A stretch of 56,280 nucleotides of DNA from Octopus bimaculoides (Eukaryota). The notes below the pieces were generated by a model that saw only the letters and a program-made list of their open reading frames with translations, did not search any database and was not told where the DNA came from. The stretch lies in contig NC_068991.1 in NCBI RefSeq assembly GCF_001194135.2, forward strand, positions 340,427-396,706. Reading direction: 5' to 3'. The position numbers and the translations under genes were made by a program. Shown here in pieces: positions 12,721 to 26,645 of the stretch. Every line of letters starts with the position of its first letter. Position 1 is the first letter of the stretch.

Positions 12721-14034
12721 AAAACTTAATATCATTTCCGTGGTTGGGAGTGGATTTCCTTCTGATAAACAGCTTCGGCCGACAGTGGGCAATTATATAA
12801 ATTAAGTGAAGTCTTTAAAATTTACAATGATAACCATAATGACAATGATGATGATGATGGTGATGATGATGGCAGTGGTGAGAGTAGTGATGATGCTGAT
12901 GATGTTGATCATTATGGTCTTGGATGCAGTGGTGTTTCTAGTGCTGCTGGTTACTGCAGTGGTGATATGGTGATGATGGCTAAAGAAGTGATGGTGTGAA
13001 AATGATGTTGGTGATGGTTATGACAATAATGATAATGGTGGTGATGATGATGTTGAGTATATAGCTTGTGCCAGAGAAACAGATTAAATGAATTAGTGAG
13101 GGAGGAGGAGCAGGAGGAGGAGGAGTGTAATAAGGGAATCAATGGTCAACACATTCTGTCTTAAGAGTTGTTTCATAAGACAAGCAGGAGGTCAGTATTA
13201 AATGGGGCCTAATGAAATTATAACAAGCTTGCCCTGTTAATTTACAAAGTGTTCTAAATTGGGGAAACTGGGATCAATTCACGTTGGAACCAACTTAGTA
13301 TCTGGGAGGTTGTCTAGCCGCAGATCAGCTCTGATTTAACAGACCTATGATCAGATATGTTCCACCTATGACCATCCTGTTTTAATGAGTAGAGTAAGTA
13401 GGCCTACATTAAATAGCATGCTCCTTTTTTCTTCAGACATTACATATTACTTGAGGAAGATTTCACTGCTGTTTCTATCTGCAAAGTGACCACACAAAGA
13501 CTGCTTCACCGGTTTTATCAATCTTCAAACCATAAGAGGGAAGGCCTGTATGGAAATGCTGATCCTACTGGAAATTTGTCTCAAATCACATGCTACTGTA
13601 TTAAAGGCACATTAGATAAGGTATCCTAGATATATTGTGCCTAAATAAAAGATGGAATAATCACAGCTATATGTCTATAATATTGTAGGTTGACTGGATC
13701 AAGGCTGATCTGGAGATAATCACCAACAAAACATCCCTTTCTGTTAGATAACATAGTCCTTAGATATATTTGAAGAGAGGACGATCTGCTGGGACAGAAC
13801 TGACTTTGGGTACCAATAACAGTAACAAAACAAGTTGCAGACTCTCTCAGTAACCTGAAGAGAGTTGGACTCCCACACCTCCACCATTGCACAACATTAG
13901 GACAGACTCCTGTGGTAGGATAACAATCTAAAGAGGACAACATTATCATACTATCTATTCCTGTTATTCCAAAGACTGACAGTCAAAAATATCACCAGAC
14001 CTCTGGCTTACATTTTCTATAGGAAAAGTGCACG

Positions 14035-14082
<48 letters not shown>

Positions 14083-14299
14083 CGTGCGTGCGTGTGTATG
14101 TATGTGTGTGTGGTGCCAGATAGAATCCAAGGAAGCACTTAATGGTGAGTTTCAGTAAAATAAGATAAATACCACAAGAAGTGAAAACCATTTTCTCTTC
14201 ATGAAATATTTATCTTATTTTATGAATTATACGCTGGGTAATTTAACTAATTACTGTTATTGCTGTTTCATTTCATTATTATTATTATTATTATTATTC

Positions 14300-14420
14300 A
14301 AATACCGCTGAGGTTGACTTTGCCTTTCATCCTTTCAGGGTCAATAAAATAAGTACCAGTTGCATGCTGGGATCGATGTAATTGACTCATCCTCCCACAA
14401 GCTGCCCTTGTGGCAAAAAT
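14300..14420 (+). mobile_element. SINE core fragment; related copies at about 415-535(-), 19600-19730(-), 26750-26830(+), 45630-45760(+)
   Basis: Shared GACTTTGCCTTTCATCCTTTC.GGGTC.ATAAAATAAGTACCAG core. Confidence 0.8.
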
Positions 14421-15399
14421 TTGAAATAATAATAATAATTATTATTCTAATTATTACCTTAATCTTTGATCATTTCCTACTTCTTTCTGTTTCAGAAGTT
14501 GTGTTTATGAAATATTCCTTCCTATGGAATAGTTATGTCTGAAACATCTACTTTGATTTTACATCCCTTTTTTGTCTTCAATCAATTCCTATTCCCACAC
14601 CTCACCACTTCTAACTCTGATAATTACAGCTTCTCAGTTGTCTTCAATTTAACATCTATTTCAGATTTATTATCCAACATCTTATAAAAACTTGGACAAT
14701 TGTAATGAATTTCTTGGTGGTCTGTGGTGGTGATGCTGGACACGGAGAAGCCTAGCTTCCTCACAGAGTCTGGCTTTTCCGAACTAAACATTTGTTTACA
14801 GTTGATAATCCTAATTCCAACAAATACATCATCATGTATCTCTGTGCTTCTCCAAAGAACGGCATCGGACAGAGATATTCAGACAATACATTGATAGCAA
14901 CTGCAGACAAGGACAGAATGTTAGCTTCCGCTTCATCTAACAGAACAAAAACTTACATCGCTTCAGATTTATTTCCATTCAACTCTAGTCACACATACTT
15001 GCCAATTTTTACATCTGAAGTTCTCCGTGTTACTATGATTGAAACAACATCAAACTTACACTCAGCAGTAGATGATAAAGTAAACAGCTAGTGTGTGTGT
15101 GTGTGTGTGTGTGTGTTAAAGTGAGGTTATTATCTTGAAGCCTATTTAAGAATAACAACCTTTACTGACGGGCTGACTCATTACTGAGAACAGAATTGAA
15201 TTTATTGTAAAGCTCATGTCGACTGGGACATCGCAGTCTCAATCAACGGCTTATTCACTTCACTTCAGTTAAATAAGGTGTTAGGCAAAACTAATATATA
15301 TATATATAAATGTACATGAACATATAAACATATTTAAATATATGTGAATATGTAAATATTTAGAAGTAGTTGATTGCCTTTGTTACCTAGGGAGGTGGC

Positions 15400-15860
15400 T
15401 GCTCTGAAAGTATAGGTGCTGGAGTAAGAACTGGTTGGAAAGAGTTCAGGGACCTACTACCCCTGCTGAGACAGCAAAGACCTTCCCTAAAAATGAAGAG
15501 CAGATTGTATGATGCTTGGGTTAGAACTGTAATGCTGCATGGTTGTGAGACATGGGCCTCGAACTCAAAGGACTTGAGATAGAAATGAAGTGAACATATC
15601 CCATTGGATGTGTAATGTGTGTGTGTGTGTGTGTGTGTGTGAGAAAGAGTTTGTAGAAAGGTGCTGATTGAAAAACTGGGTGTAAGAGAAGTCAGATGTT
15701 GTGATAAAGAAAGAATGAAATAATAGGATGGCCATCTGATGCGTATGAATGAGGACAGCTGTATAAAGAAGTGCCACTCACTTAATGTGGCTGGAAGAAG
15801 AAGGCCAGGAAGGCATGGGATGAGCCCGATGGATTAGATGACAAAGGATCTGGATCCCTG
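15400..15860 (+). mobile_element. RTE LINE 3' RT fragment interrupted by a (GT)n tract
   Basis: GWKEFRDLLPLL...RLYDAWVRTVMLHGCETW...HLMRMNEDSCIKKC. Confidence 0.8.
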
Positions 15861-16109
15861 GTAATATGAGGTTCTCAAAAAGATTTGCCCTCCTCAGCAA
15901 AATTGAGTCATGGTAGAGCCATATTTTGGGTTCTCCAGCCCTTACAGCTAATTCTTCTAATCCCATCCTGTTATCTAAAAGTGAAGACACATCGGATAAT
16001 GTAGTTTCAATAAAAGATGAAATGGTTACAGCTGGAATATCTTTGATCATGGGTCTACCACATTAGAGCTGATCTGGGGTTAAACAACAACAACAACTAA
16101 AGAGTTCCC

Positions 16110-16270
16110 AACACTTCACAAATGATGAGAAGGAATCACTTTCTGGCCACTTCAAACAGAATCTTTTGTCATGTGATCTTAACCATTAACTTCTTAATGA
16201 CTCCTTCCACTTGACTGACCACAATAAATCTATCAGTGACTTCACTAATTACACCGATTAGTAAAGAAAG
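16110..16270 (-). pseudogene. PLAT middle-segment remnant
   Basis: EVTDRFIVVSQVEGVIKKLMVK then frameshift to SHDKRFCLKW, equivalent to TD.F.I...V.G.IKK..I.HD.....W. Boundaries approximate. Confidence 0.5.
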
Positions 16271-17879
16271 AATCTAGTGCATCCGACTTAGTATGACTCA
16301 GCCAGGCTGACCACAGCACTGTGCTAGGAACAAATTACTTTCAGTATTAAATACATGAGTAGTAGTAGTAGTAGAAGCAGCAGCACCACCACAACGGATG
16401 CCACCACCACCACCACCACCTAGACAATGGTGAATGTAAAAGAACATCTGAATTAACCAAAGCCAGTTATTGAGATTATGGAATGTATTTTTCAAAAACG
16501 CCATTTCATCTTTTATCTGAGAAACTACTGAAGAAAACAAAAAAAAGAAGAAGAAAAGAACATTTCCTTTGTTAGCGAACTGTTAGCAGAGTGAGTAAAA
16601 CGGTTTCCTGTGATATAAGCAGTGACACCTGTTGCCCACTCGAAATCAACAGTCATTGAGACCAAAATGGCTGACATGAGTCAGACTTTGAAAAGACCCA
16701 ATGTGAGATAGGAATTAATTGCAATGTTGGTTTAGTAAATTGCAAAATAAGAACTATCCTCATGTACCTATCCCTCTATTAAAGGCACCAAGAACTGATT
16801 GAGAGGTACAGGAAGAGAGAAGAATTGTCACAGAATCAGATATTTCCTGCAACCGTCTAAAAGAGAGGGTATCAGATGCACAGTGATGCACAGTGTTGTT
16901 GCCTAATGTTCTAAATGTAGGGTCTTGTGGCAAAGAGGTGTTAAGAGGGAGCTGTTAAAATGTGTCATTCATATTCTGGCACAAAATTTAAATTCTAAGA
17001 GCTTAAGAAAGTGTATTTGCTCGGAAGTGAGACGAGAGAAGAAATTGGTTAAGTGATGGCCCTGAAGTCAGGTCATTACTAATTTCCTCAACTTCAATTG
17101 CTCCAGAATCAGCTTCCATTGTTAAACAAGATGATGACTAACAGACACACAACTGTGTCATACAATACATTCTCAATGATTGTTATTCAACCCCCAAGTC
17201 AGCCCTCATTGAACAAACTTTTGCATTGAGACAATCTTGTCATGACCACCACTGCCCTTTTTTCATTGTCTAAGGTGTGCTTTTCTTTTTAAATAGTAGG
17301 GAATGATTTGAGGGAGATTAGGTTGTTGTATCTTGTAGGTTGAGTATCTTTTACCCACCAACACATGCAAAATGTAATTGCTGAAGAAAGAGAGAGAGAG
17401 AAAGAGGGGGGAGAGAGAGAGAGAGAGAGAGAGAAAAAGAGAGAGAGAATGAGTACTGACCGAATACTGCTGGTGCAACTCTCACTTTCTTTCTCTCTGT
17501 CTATACAAGATGTTTTCTCAAGACAAATACTTTAGTAGTGTAACTTTCTACAGTACATCCACATTAAGTAAGGTATACAGAATGCTATTCTGAACTAATA
17601 CTGTTTCCATCACTTATAACAATTACACATGCAGGCACGTGCACACACACACACACACAACTCCTCACATACATGGGACATGGGTACAAGTTCTTTTGGG
17701 CAAGTGAGAGTGGGTGAGGTAGACACACTGTTAGCTGAGAAATGGATAAAGAAACTGAAATAATCAGTGTCTGATGGGAAAATTACAATGCAACTAGTTA
17801 CAACTGCACAACATTTATCTTTGCATGCATCCACAGAGAGGATTGGCTGAAAAAGAGAAAGGACCACTTCTAAAAGACT

Positions 17880-18060
17880 ACCTCCTCAATGATTGACAGT
17901 GTCTTCATTATTGTTGTTGGCAACCTCAGATGAACACGTTTGCCAACACAATGATGGCCTTCATGGTTCAAAAAATGAGCAAAGTAGAACGCTCCACCCA
18001 TGATGCAACTGACTTAATTACTTGTGAGACACACTTTCAGAAACCTCACCATCTAGCAAT
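17880..18060 (-). pseudogene. Possible PLAT remnant abutting the mariner fragment
   Basis: VERSTLLIF*TMKAIIVLANV loosely matches FER...DIFT.EA..L..; weak. Confidence 0.25.
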
Positions 18061-18089
18061 CTGGTGGACACCTGTCAGATTTCATCCAC

Positions 18090-19039
18090 ACCAGAAACTA
18101 CAGCTTAGAAGATGACCCTCATTCAGGAAGATCTGTAGAGCTCGATGAGGACATCCTGCGAACCCTGGTGGAACAAAATCTCATTGTAACTGTTGAGGAA
18201 TTAGCAAAGAAGCTTGGATTTGGTCATTCAACCATTCATCGACACCTGCATGCCATTGGAAAAGTCAGCAAATTGGGTCAATGGGTTCCTCACAAACCTT
18301 CTGAGTCTAATCATGTGCAAAGAGTGAATGTGTGCTCTTCTTTGCTGTCACATCTCATGAATGAACCTTTTTTTTTGTGCCAAATAGTGACTGGTAATGA
18401 GAAATGGGTTCTCTCTAAAAATGTCAAGTGCTGAAGTCAGTGGGTAGGGAAAAGAGAAACACTGGCACCCCAGGCTAAAGAAGGTCTTCACCCATGTAAG
18501 GGGTTGTTATCTGTTTGGTGGGATACGAAAGGTTTAGTCTACTTTCAACTTTTAAAGCCAAATCAAACAATAACAAAAGGAAAAGATACTGCGAGCAGCT
18601 TGAGTGGCTTAAATCAGTGCTAGGAGAAAAACGACCATCTTTGGTTTCAAGATGAAAGGTGTTCTTCCATCAGGATAATGCTCAGCCACATACAGTGAGG
18701 ATGACACTTCCAAGGCTGGAGCAGTTTGAATGGGAAACGATGCCCCACCCATCATATTCGCCAGACATTACCCCATCTGATTACCATTTATTCCGCAGTC
18801 TTCAAAATCATTTGGACGGAAAAAATATGAATTCTGTAGACGAGGTCAGAACAGTAGTGGAGGAGTATTTTTCGTCATGAATTTTGGAAGAGGGGCCTTG
18901 CAAGTCTACCAAACGGATGGAAGAACATTGTAGAAAACGAAGGTGGGTATATTTTAGATTAAAAAAAGAATTTTGCTTATCTTTTTTTGAAAAATAAAAG
19001 AAGTATAAAAAAACTGCATTATTTATGGGATGACCCAAT
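18090..19039 (+). mobile_element. 5'-truncated mariner (DD34D) transposase pseudogene with 3' TIR
   Basis: SLEDDPHSGR, WVPHK, IVTGNEKW, FHQDNAQPH, HPSYSPDITPSDYHLFRSL; terminal ATTATTTATGGGATGACCCAAT. Confidence 0.93.
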
Positions 19040-20624
19040 GTGTGTGTGTGTGTGTGTGAGGGAGGGAGAGAGAGAGAGAGAAAGAGAGAGAGATAGAGGA
19101 ATGTTGATTGAAAGAAGCAACAATTTATACCACACTTATGTCAAGGCCAGAGAAGAGATAAAAAAATAATAAATTCAGTCAGGTGACAACTGCAATATTT
19201 TAGTCGGTCGATACAAGAATCACAATAACTATTATTCTTTGGGTTTTATTTTTATTCTCAATTTATTTAATTCATTTCAGCATGGTTTGTATTATTTCCA
19301 ACATGTTTGAATGAAAGTCAGATAAATTTATGATCTTTTTTTACTAAATTAAGAGGTTTGTTCTAGCTGTATTATATAATAACTTCACTATTGCAGAGAT
19401 AATTTTAAGTATGAAAGAAGCATTTGTTCAGAGTAACACTGGTCTGTTTGTTTTTGTTTCAGTAAAAGTGAAGTAATATTTTGTGAGGTTAGGGTTTTTA
19501 ATGTTTTAACTCATAAATCTACGTAAAAATAATTATGCAGTGAGGAAAAGACAACATTAGCTCAATGATTAATAATGGTTTCTAATTTTGGCACAAAGCC
19601 AGCAATTTAGGCAGAGTGGGATGGGGGGTAAGTTGATTACATTGACCCCAGTGCTTATGTTATTGATCCCAAAGACATAAAAGGTAAAATTGACCTTGGT
19701 GGGATTTGAACTCAGAACGAAATACTGCTAAAAAGTTTGAGCTCAATGATGAATATTATTTTAATCTTTTTATCAAGTAAAGGAGACATTTGTGGATATG
19801 CTCAGTCTTCTTTTAGCAAAGATTAAACCCTAATCGATACAAAGGGTGGGGCTAGTGGGTAGATGTTTGAGTTGGAGAGGAGAGGTTTGTCAGGGACAGA
19901 TTGTGCGATGGGGTGGGTACATAGATATAAATGACTTGCTTTTATAGCCTTGATTTTAAGTCAGGTGGATGGATCTTCTCAAGCACAGCAAATCACCCAT
20001 CATCTCTGACGTGAGGCTCAGCATTTGAAGATAGTTTTTCATCATTTCATCCTTCGTCTTCCACAGGTCACCTCCTCACATGACCATACGGTACAGTCTT
20101 TTTTGTTGCATGCTACACTCCATGTTTTTAATACCCAATTTTTTCTGAACTCATTTACACAGATTGACAAGCAAAAATAGGGATGGAAGTAGTTGAGAGA
20201 AGGGATGAGACAAGCAAAAATAGGGATGGGAGTAGTTAAGTCTCTGAGAAAATACATTAAAAAGTGAATATTCCATATTGAGGAGAAGGGACAAACTGGT
20301 GACAACTGATATCAGAGTTCAATATTTCATACTTGTCAGTTAGCAAGTGAATAACCGAATGAGATAATGTCCTACATGCAGGGATTTTTTACAAGAAAAA
20401 AGGACACTAGAGACAAGAAAAGAGGCTTGTGTGAAAAAAGCCACAAAGCTGGTCAGTGAGTTAACATAGAAGTCTTGCTGAGGACAATGGATAACACGCT
20501 GGATATTTTATATTGTAAAGCACTTAAATGGATGCAAACACATATATTATGAGATAATACATTCCAAAATGGGCCGAGTGGAATTAGGAATGAATGGATT
20601 AAGCAAGGCTTTTATGAGTGGAAC

Positions 20625-20695
<71 letters not shown>

Positions 20696-20959
20696 ATACT
20701 TGTGTGCATATACCCAAGTCAAAGATCAAAACTATATTCTTCCTGTGATAAAATTTAGTTGGTATTTATTGAAAGATATTTATAAATAAAAAAAAGAGAC
20801 TTTATATTAGGAGACAGACCCAGAAATATGGTGGGATTTGAATAAAATTAGCAATAAGAAGCACCTGCATTCTTTAAAAATAAAGTCCCCTTCCCCACCA
20901 CTGTGTATCTCCCTCACTGTCCTTCTAGAATTTAAATATTAACATTTATGTTCACTTCA

Positions 20960-21223
20960 AGAATAAACATCTCCAAAGGAAATTTAAAGCAAACACCCTC
21001 CCCACATCCCGTAGCACAACAACTACACTACAGCTGCACCAGACAGCATTACATCTGTGACCCACCACCATCCAAGACAGCAACAGAAGTTGTGCTGTTG
21101 TAATGTTCCTTCAATGTCAGAAACCACATTTAATTGGTAAAAGACTTTCTGTTATTGGAGTTGTTTGGAACTGTCACAGCCAGAATTCATTAGCAATGGT
21201 TTGGCAAAGTTTGGCATTAAATA
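20960..21223 (-). pseudogene. PLAT remnant
   Basis: TTCTTTTGACAG| acceptor. Fragments VSDIEGTLQQ, VAVLDGGGSQ and GEGVCFKFP lie in shifting frames in PLAT order. Confidence 0.4.
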
Positions 21224-21594
21224 CTGTCAAAAGAACAATAGGAAAATCTCTGAGACTTACAGTCAGGATGCATTACCAAACTCTGTACAACACCTGCTAC
21301 ACTTTGTTAGAATGTTGATAGAGAATGGCTGGGGTGAGGAGGAAGGAAAATAGCACACACACACACACACATATATATAGGCAATACTAAGATAGGTGTA
21401 TATCCATCCACAAACACTCATACATTTGTGCATATGCAAATAGACATGAATTCATGGCTACCTACATTTTGTGATAGATGACAACATATGTCAGAGATAC
21501 CAAATCTAGATGTTTGGCAATTTATGTTTTAGTCATTTTGACAAATAAATATGTTAATACAAACATATACACATCTGCCTTCCAACCCTATATA

Positions 21595-21705
<111 letters not shown>

Positions 21706-22139
21706 ATTATAATGAAAACACAACCAAGTTCTAATTTAATCTTCTTATTTGGGTGTTTTCTTATCTGCATTTCAGACCTTTATAGTTCTTCGTCTAGTGT
21801 TTCATTTATGAAAGAGAATCTAAATGCCCTCCTCCATAGAGATTTTACCCCAGACACTTTGCAGCTATGTGGCCATTCACTATCTCTGTGTTGTTATATG
21901 CATTTGTTTGTATCTTTTGTGCAAACTGACATAATGGTATCTATTGTTTATTTTATCAGAATATCTATGTTTAAAAATGAAGCTGTATTAACATTGTTTT
22001 AGAAGTTACATTTTAGTAATGAGTTGTTCTATTGCACACAAATTACATACAGAAGTGTACTTTATGAATCAAATGTATGCCAGGTATAGAAGAGATAAAC
22101 TCCTAATCAAAAATTACATAAAACAAAACACATGACTAT

Positions 22140-22479
22140 CACACCACAAGCAAACACTAGCAATAAATAAAGATCAAAAACCTCCTTATTAAAAACACCT
22201 GACAAACTTTTAAATCTGAGAACAAACTTAGAATGACCAATATAATTTACAGATTTGATTGTAAAAGTTCAGGATTGTGTTGCATTGGTTCTTGAAATCC
22301 TTCTTTTGTATAGGCTCACATTGTATTTAAAATCAGGAGCAATTGCAACACACTACATCACATACCATAAAAGAAAGAAGCTAGATTGGAAACTATCAAG
22401 AAAATACATCAACACTCTATAGACTTCCCCACAGAAATGAATTACTTGTAGGAAAGTCTGTGTAAGCATAAGTTATCAA
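22140..22479 (-). pseudogene. PLAT remnant
   Basis: TTCCTTTTACAG| acceptor. SYK*FISVG, then GFQ and TFTIKSVNYIGH (D.FTI..V..IG); stops present. Confidence 0.5.
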
Positions 22480-22678
22480 CTGTAAAAGGAACAGTAGAGA
22501 AGCGAACACACACAATAGCCTGAAGATGTGGCAGAGATAATAGCCTGGAAACATTGTAAAAGATCAATTTGGGAATATTGTTGTTCCTAATGAACTACAA
22601 TAGATACAAAAAGAAATAAATAAAAAAAGATTAAATTAGAACATAGTTGTATTTTTAATGACATATCTAAAAGAAAAG

Positions 22679-22729
<51 letters not shown>

Positions 22730-22739
22730 CATCAGTTGT

Positions 22740-23250
22740 GGTGTGCAAGAGAGACAATTGCATTGGTATGGTCATTTGGTGAGAATGGATGAGGATAGCT
22801 ATGTGAAAGAGTGCCACAGCCTAGCAGTTGAGGGCACCTATGGAAGAGGTAGACCCAGGAAGACCTGGGATGAGGTGGTGAAGCACAACCTTCGAACATT
22901 GGGCCTCACCAAGGCAATGACTGGTGACCGAGACCTTTGGAAATATGCTGTGCATGGGAAGACCCAGCAAGCCAAGTGAGACCATAACCCGTGGCCTTTA
23001 CTAGGGGTGTAGCCAACCTACTTATACATACCTTCCCTTCTTTGGACACAAAACCCTGCTTGCGAAGACCTGTTGAGGCAACTGAAATCAAAATCGAAAT
23101 TGAACCAAATTCGATGATTGGCACCTGTGCCAGTGGAGCGCTAACAGCACCATCTGAGTGGGATCACCACTAGAGCAGCGGTCTCGCTTCCGTGCCAGTG
23201 GCATGTAAAAAGCACCATTTGAGCGCAATCATTTCCAGCATCGCCTTACT
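22740..23250 (+). mobile_element. RTE LINE 3' end plus 3' UTR
   Basis: QERQLHWYGHLVRMDEDSYVKEC...VEG..GRGRPRKTWDEVVK.NL..LGL...DRDLWKYAV*, followed by the same UTR motifs as 4640-4858. Confidence 0.88.
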
Positions 23251-24193
23251 GGCTCACTCTCACTCAAATTAGAGATAAGTTTGAAGCGAGAAAAGATAGA
23301 ATTAATGGTAGAAAACCAGCAGCAGTTTATGGATTAAGGGAAACTGTCAAATATGGCTGCACACAAAAACCAAACAAAATGTTTCTTGATGTTTGCAATT
23401 CTATTGTTTGGTGTTATTAGCAAAACTTGGACCAGAATGATCATCAACTTGAAAATAACAACAACAACCATAACAACAACAACAACAACAACAACAATAA
23501 TAATAATAATAACAATTTAATGTCTGTTTTCCATGTCAGCATCATAAGAATAATTAAGTTCTATCAGTAGATTCTATTGAATTTTGAAAATGAAATCTAT
23601 TTTAATAAACACTGATTTTATAATCATTCAATATCTGAATACACATCTTTTGGAGACACTCTAGTGTATGTGTGTATACGTGTGCATACACACATGTATG
23701 TGTGCATACACACACACATATATACATACACATATACATTATATGCATGCACGTACATAACACACATAGTGGAAGTGAACTTGTGACTCAGTAAGACCAC
23801 TTCTTGCACTCGGTAAGTTCGTGCAAATGTTCTGAGAGGCCAAGAAGTTCCTGTGTGTGAATTTGTTTCAAGTGGATAAAGTGTTGCACGGCACAGAAAC
23901 CAGTTTTCAGTGCAATCAACTTTAAAAAACCAGTGGCACTGCAGGGACCAGGATGGCCAGAAACCAACTGCACTTAAGAAGTCTGTCTTCAGATGAGTTT
24001 GCCTTTTCCTAGAAGAAAGAGAACTTGCAGTCCTCACTCCTATTGGTTCCCATGCTAATTAGAACCCCTAACTGGGACCCAAACATATACTTCCACACAG
24101 TGTCAGAGTAGACCTGAGAGGAATACTGACTCAGAGATGGCTCCACATGCTTCAAAACCATGGAGCTCTCATACCAGGATCCCTCTACCCAGG

Positions 24194-24269
<76 letters not shown>

Positions 24270-24273
<4 letters not shown>

Positions 24274-24888
24274 CTTGATCCTTTTATATTTGCTATGCCA
24301 TGCTCACAAGGGCTGGACTTATTAGTGAGGTGTTGTTTTTGCAGCTAGGTACCATTTCTATCACTAACCCTGTTTTTCAATAAGGGGTCATTTTATTCCA
24401 TTTGTCCTCAAAAGTGCAAAGCTAGAGAATGGACTTTGTTGATAGGAAGAATTAACAAATACTGTTTCCCCAAACACTGTGTTGTTTGGATGATTTGAGA
24501 AATGACAGAAATATTTTGGGTAGAAGGGGAGGGGAGAGACAGAATTTGACATATTTTTTCCTACACAGCAGGAACAGAACTTATAAACAATTTTGTGAAA
24601 TCCCATTTTGCATAACCATTACACAAATGCTTGCAACAGAATAGATTCCATTAAAAGTAGTAATGGGGCAATGTATTAATGAGAAATTAAGTCTGGCACT
24701 GATTAGCAGGGTGGTTCTCTCTGACAGGCTTACACACAAGAATTACTATCAAGAATTCCAGTCACCAATGTCATGTCTGTATTCTTTGATCTCATGAGCA
24801 TGAATGCCATCAGTCTCAAAATTCTGGGATGGACATTGTCCATCCAAATTTGGTCAGACTTAGAATATGATAATTCCGTTTACTTGAG
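24270..24888 (-). pseudogene. One or two further PLAT remnants
   Basis: TCTCTCAAACAG| acceptor at 24888, then AQVNGIIIF*...QNFETDGIHAHEIKEYRHDIGD. Further down, KQG***KWYL and PC(fs)AWHSK. Confidence 0.45.
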
Positions 24889-24933
24889 CTGTTTGAGAGA
24901 GAAGTAAGAAGTTATTTAAGTATAAAAACTCAC

Positions 24934-25061
24934 CAGTGTTTGGTTTCTTTGGACCAGAAATAAGGAACAGATCTCTGGATATAAGGCCATCATTTTTGTT
25001 TTAGAGAACCAGTGGATACAAGGAAATTCATACATAAATTCTTAAGATCCTCACTAATAAC
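24934..25061 (-). pseudogene. PLAT C-terminal exon with two frameshifts
   Basis: TTCTTTGTATTGCAG| acceptor and CTG|GTGAGT donor; 128 nt. Reads VISEDLKNL(fs)YEFPCIHWFSKTK(fs)DGLISRDLFLISGPKKPNT. Adding back 2 nt gives 130 nt, phase 0 to phase 1. Confidence 0.9.
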
Positions 25062-25264
25062 CTGCAATACAAAGAATAGGGTTTCTTTAATTGAAAAACT
25101 CTGCACCGAGCCCTGACAGTATTGGCCAGTATTGGCTGTGTCTCTATTAGGATACCGTACTACACTGTTATAACAGCACTAACTAATAATGGTAAGATTA
25201 CAGTATTCAACCACATACTCTACCCCTAATGGTGTACACTACTGTATAGGTACAACAACCTCTT

Positions 25265-25470
25265 GACTGGCCTTCGTGCCGGTGGCACGTAAAAGCACCC
25301 ACTACACTCTCAGAGTGGTTGGCGTTAGGAAGAGCATCCAGCTGTAGAAACTGCCAAATCAGATTGGAGCCCGGTGTAGCCATCTGGTTCACCAGTCCCC
25401 AGTCAAATCGTCCAACCCATGCTAGCATGGAAAGCGGACGTTAAATGATGATGATGCTGATGATGCTGAT
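25265..25470 (+). mobile_element. SINE/RTE-tail repeat ending in (ATG)n; related pieces near 12240(-), 29040(+), 34440(-)
   Basis: TGCCGGTGGCACGTAAAAGCACC...GTCCAACCCATGCTAGCATGGAAAGCGGACGTTAAATGATGATG. Confidence 0.75.
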
Positions 25471-25899
25471 GAGGTTCCAAAGGGTTAGTCATATACTACA
25501 CCTCCACCAGTGCACAGTATTGTACAGTTGAAACAACAGGATCTAATGACATGAGATTATTGCTTTTTTTTTTATTATTATTATTACATTGTACTTCATT
25601 AGCTTAATTAGAAGAGGAAGGGCAGAGCTTACAAGCTTCTTCAGGTCCTCAAATGCTAATGGCTGGAAGGGCAGAGCTTACAATCAGGCTAAACCTAGTA
25701 TTAAGATCGAAACCACACAGCTAGGTTTGAACCCAGCTCACATCTGATACATCAGGCCTAGGGTTGAAAATATTACAGATTTGATCTCTCTTTTATTCAG
25801 ACACAGTGTATCTAGGACTACATTATTCAATGTGTTCTTACTTTTATAAGATTTAGAGTGTGGAAAAGATTTAGCTGCAATTACTAGTTTGCTGCTGCT

Positions 25900-26310
25900 G
25901 CTGATGATGATACAGTTGGATGCTGGTCACAATTGCATCCTAAAGTGACCTCCATGACTGAAAAATGTATATTCTCAGGGCAAATAACTTTTCCTTTCTA
26001 AAATTTCCAAGAAAATATCAAATAGTCAAGATGAAATATTATTTTCACATTAGTTCCATCTGTAAAATATTTAACGATAATAGTTTGTTGTTGGTTTTGT
26101 TGTTGAGTGTGAAACTAGAAAACAATCTTCGTCATATCCTTGGTCACTCGTAACAACATTTATAAAGAGGTGAAACAGAAGCAGTTAAAAGAAAACTACT
26201 TTCTCCATTAACTACGGGGGAAATTAGTCAGTACACATTAGAACAGCAGAGATCAAGTATTTGATAAGTGTTTACTCAATGTTTGAAGAACACCAAAAAG
26301 ACCTGAGTTC
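25900..26310 (-). pseudogene. PLAT remnant(s)
   Basis: NSGLFG follows an AG acceptor; LMEKVV; INVVTSDQG; IIVKYFTDGTNVKII; KF*KGK...FSVMEVTLG (KFEKGK with a GAG-to-TAG-type stop). The exact alignment is ambiguous. Confidence 0.6.
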
Positions 26311-26612
26311 CTGTATGTTGAAGGAAGTGCTTTAGTAGAACGGAAATAATTAAAACACAAGAAAATGAGGTGATCTTTTTTTTCTTCTCACTCCCACCCT
26401 ATAAAAAGTGAAAATTTCAACAGGTTATTGATTTGATCTTTAGATAAATTTTAAAACTTATAAAGACACAAAAGTGAAAGCTAAAAATGTGTATTGACAA
26501 GTTAGTTTTTCTTGACAGTTTTGTAATGTTTTTCATGTGGTACCCTTGAGGTGAACAAATGAAAAGCATTCAAAATAAATTTTGTTTTAAATAAATAAAC
26601 AGTAAGAAAACC

Positions 26613-26645
<33 letters not shown>

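Noticed and set aside
23760-24190. ORFs 23624-24037, 23788-23973 and 24009-24269 as a gene
   Set aside because: No recognisable motifs; extended by microsatellites; probably repeat debris.
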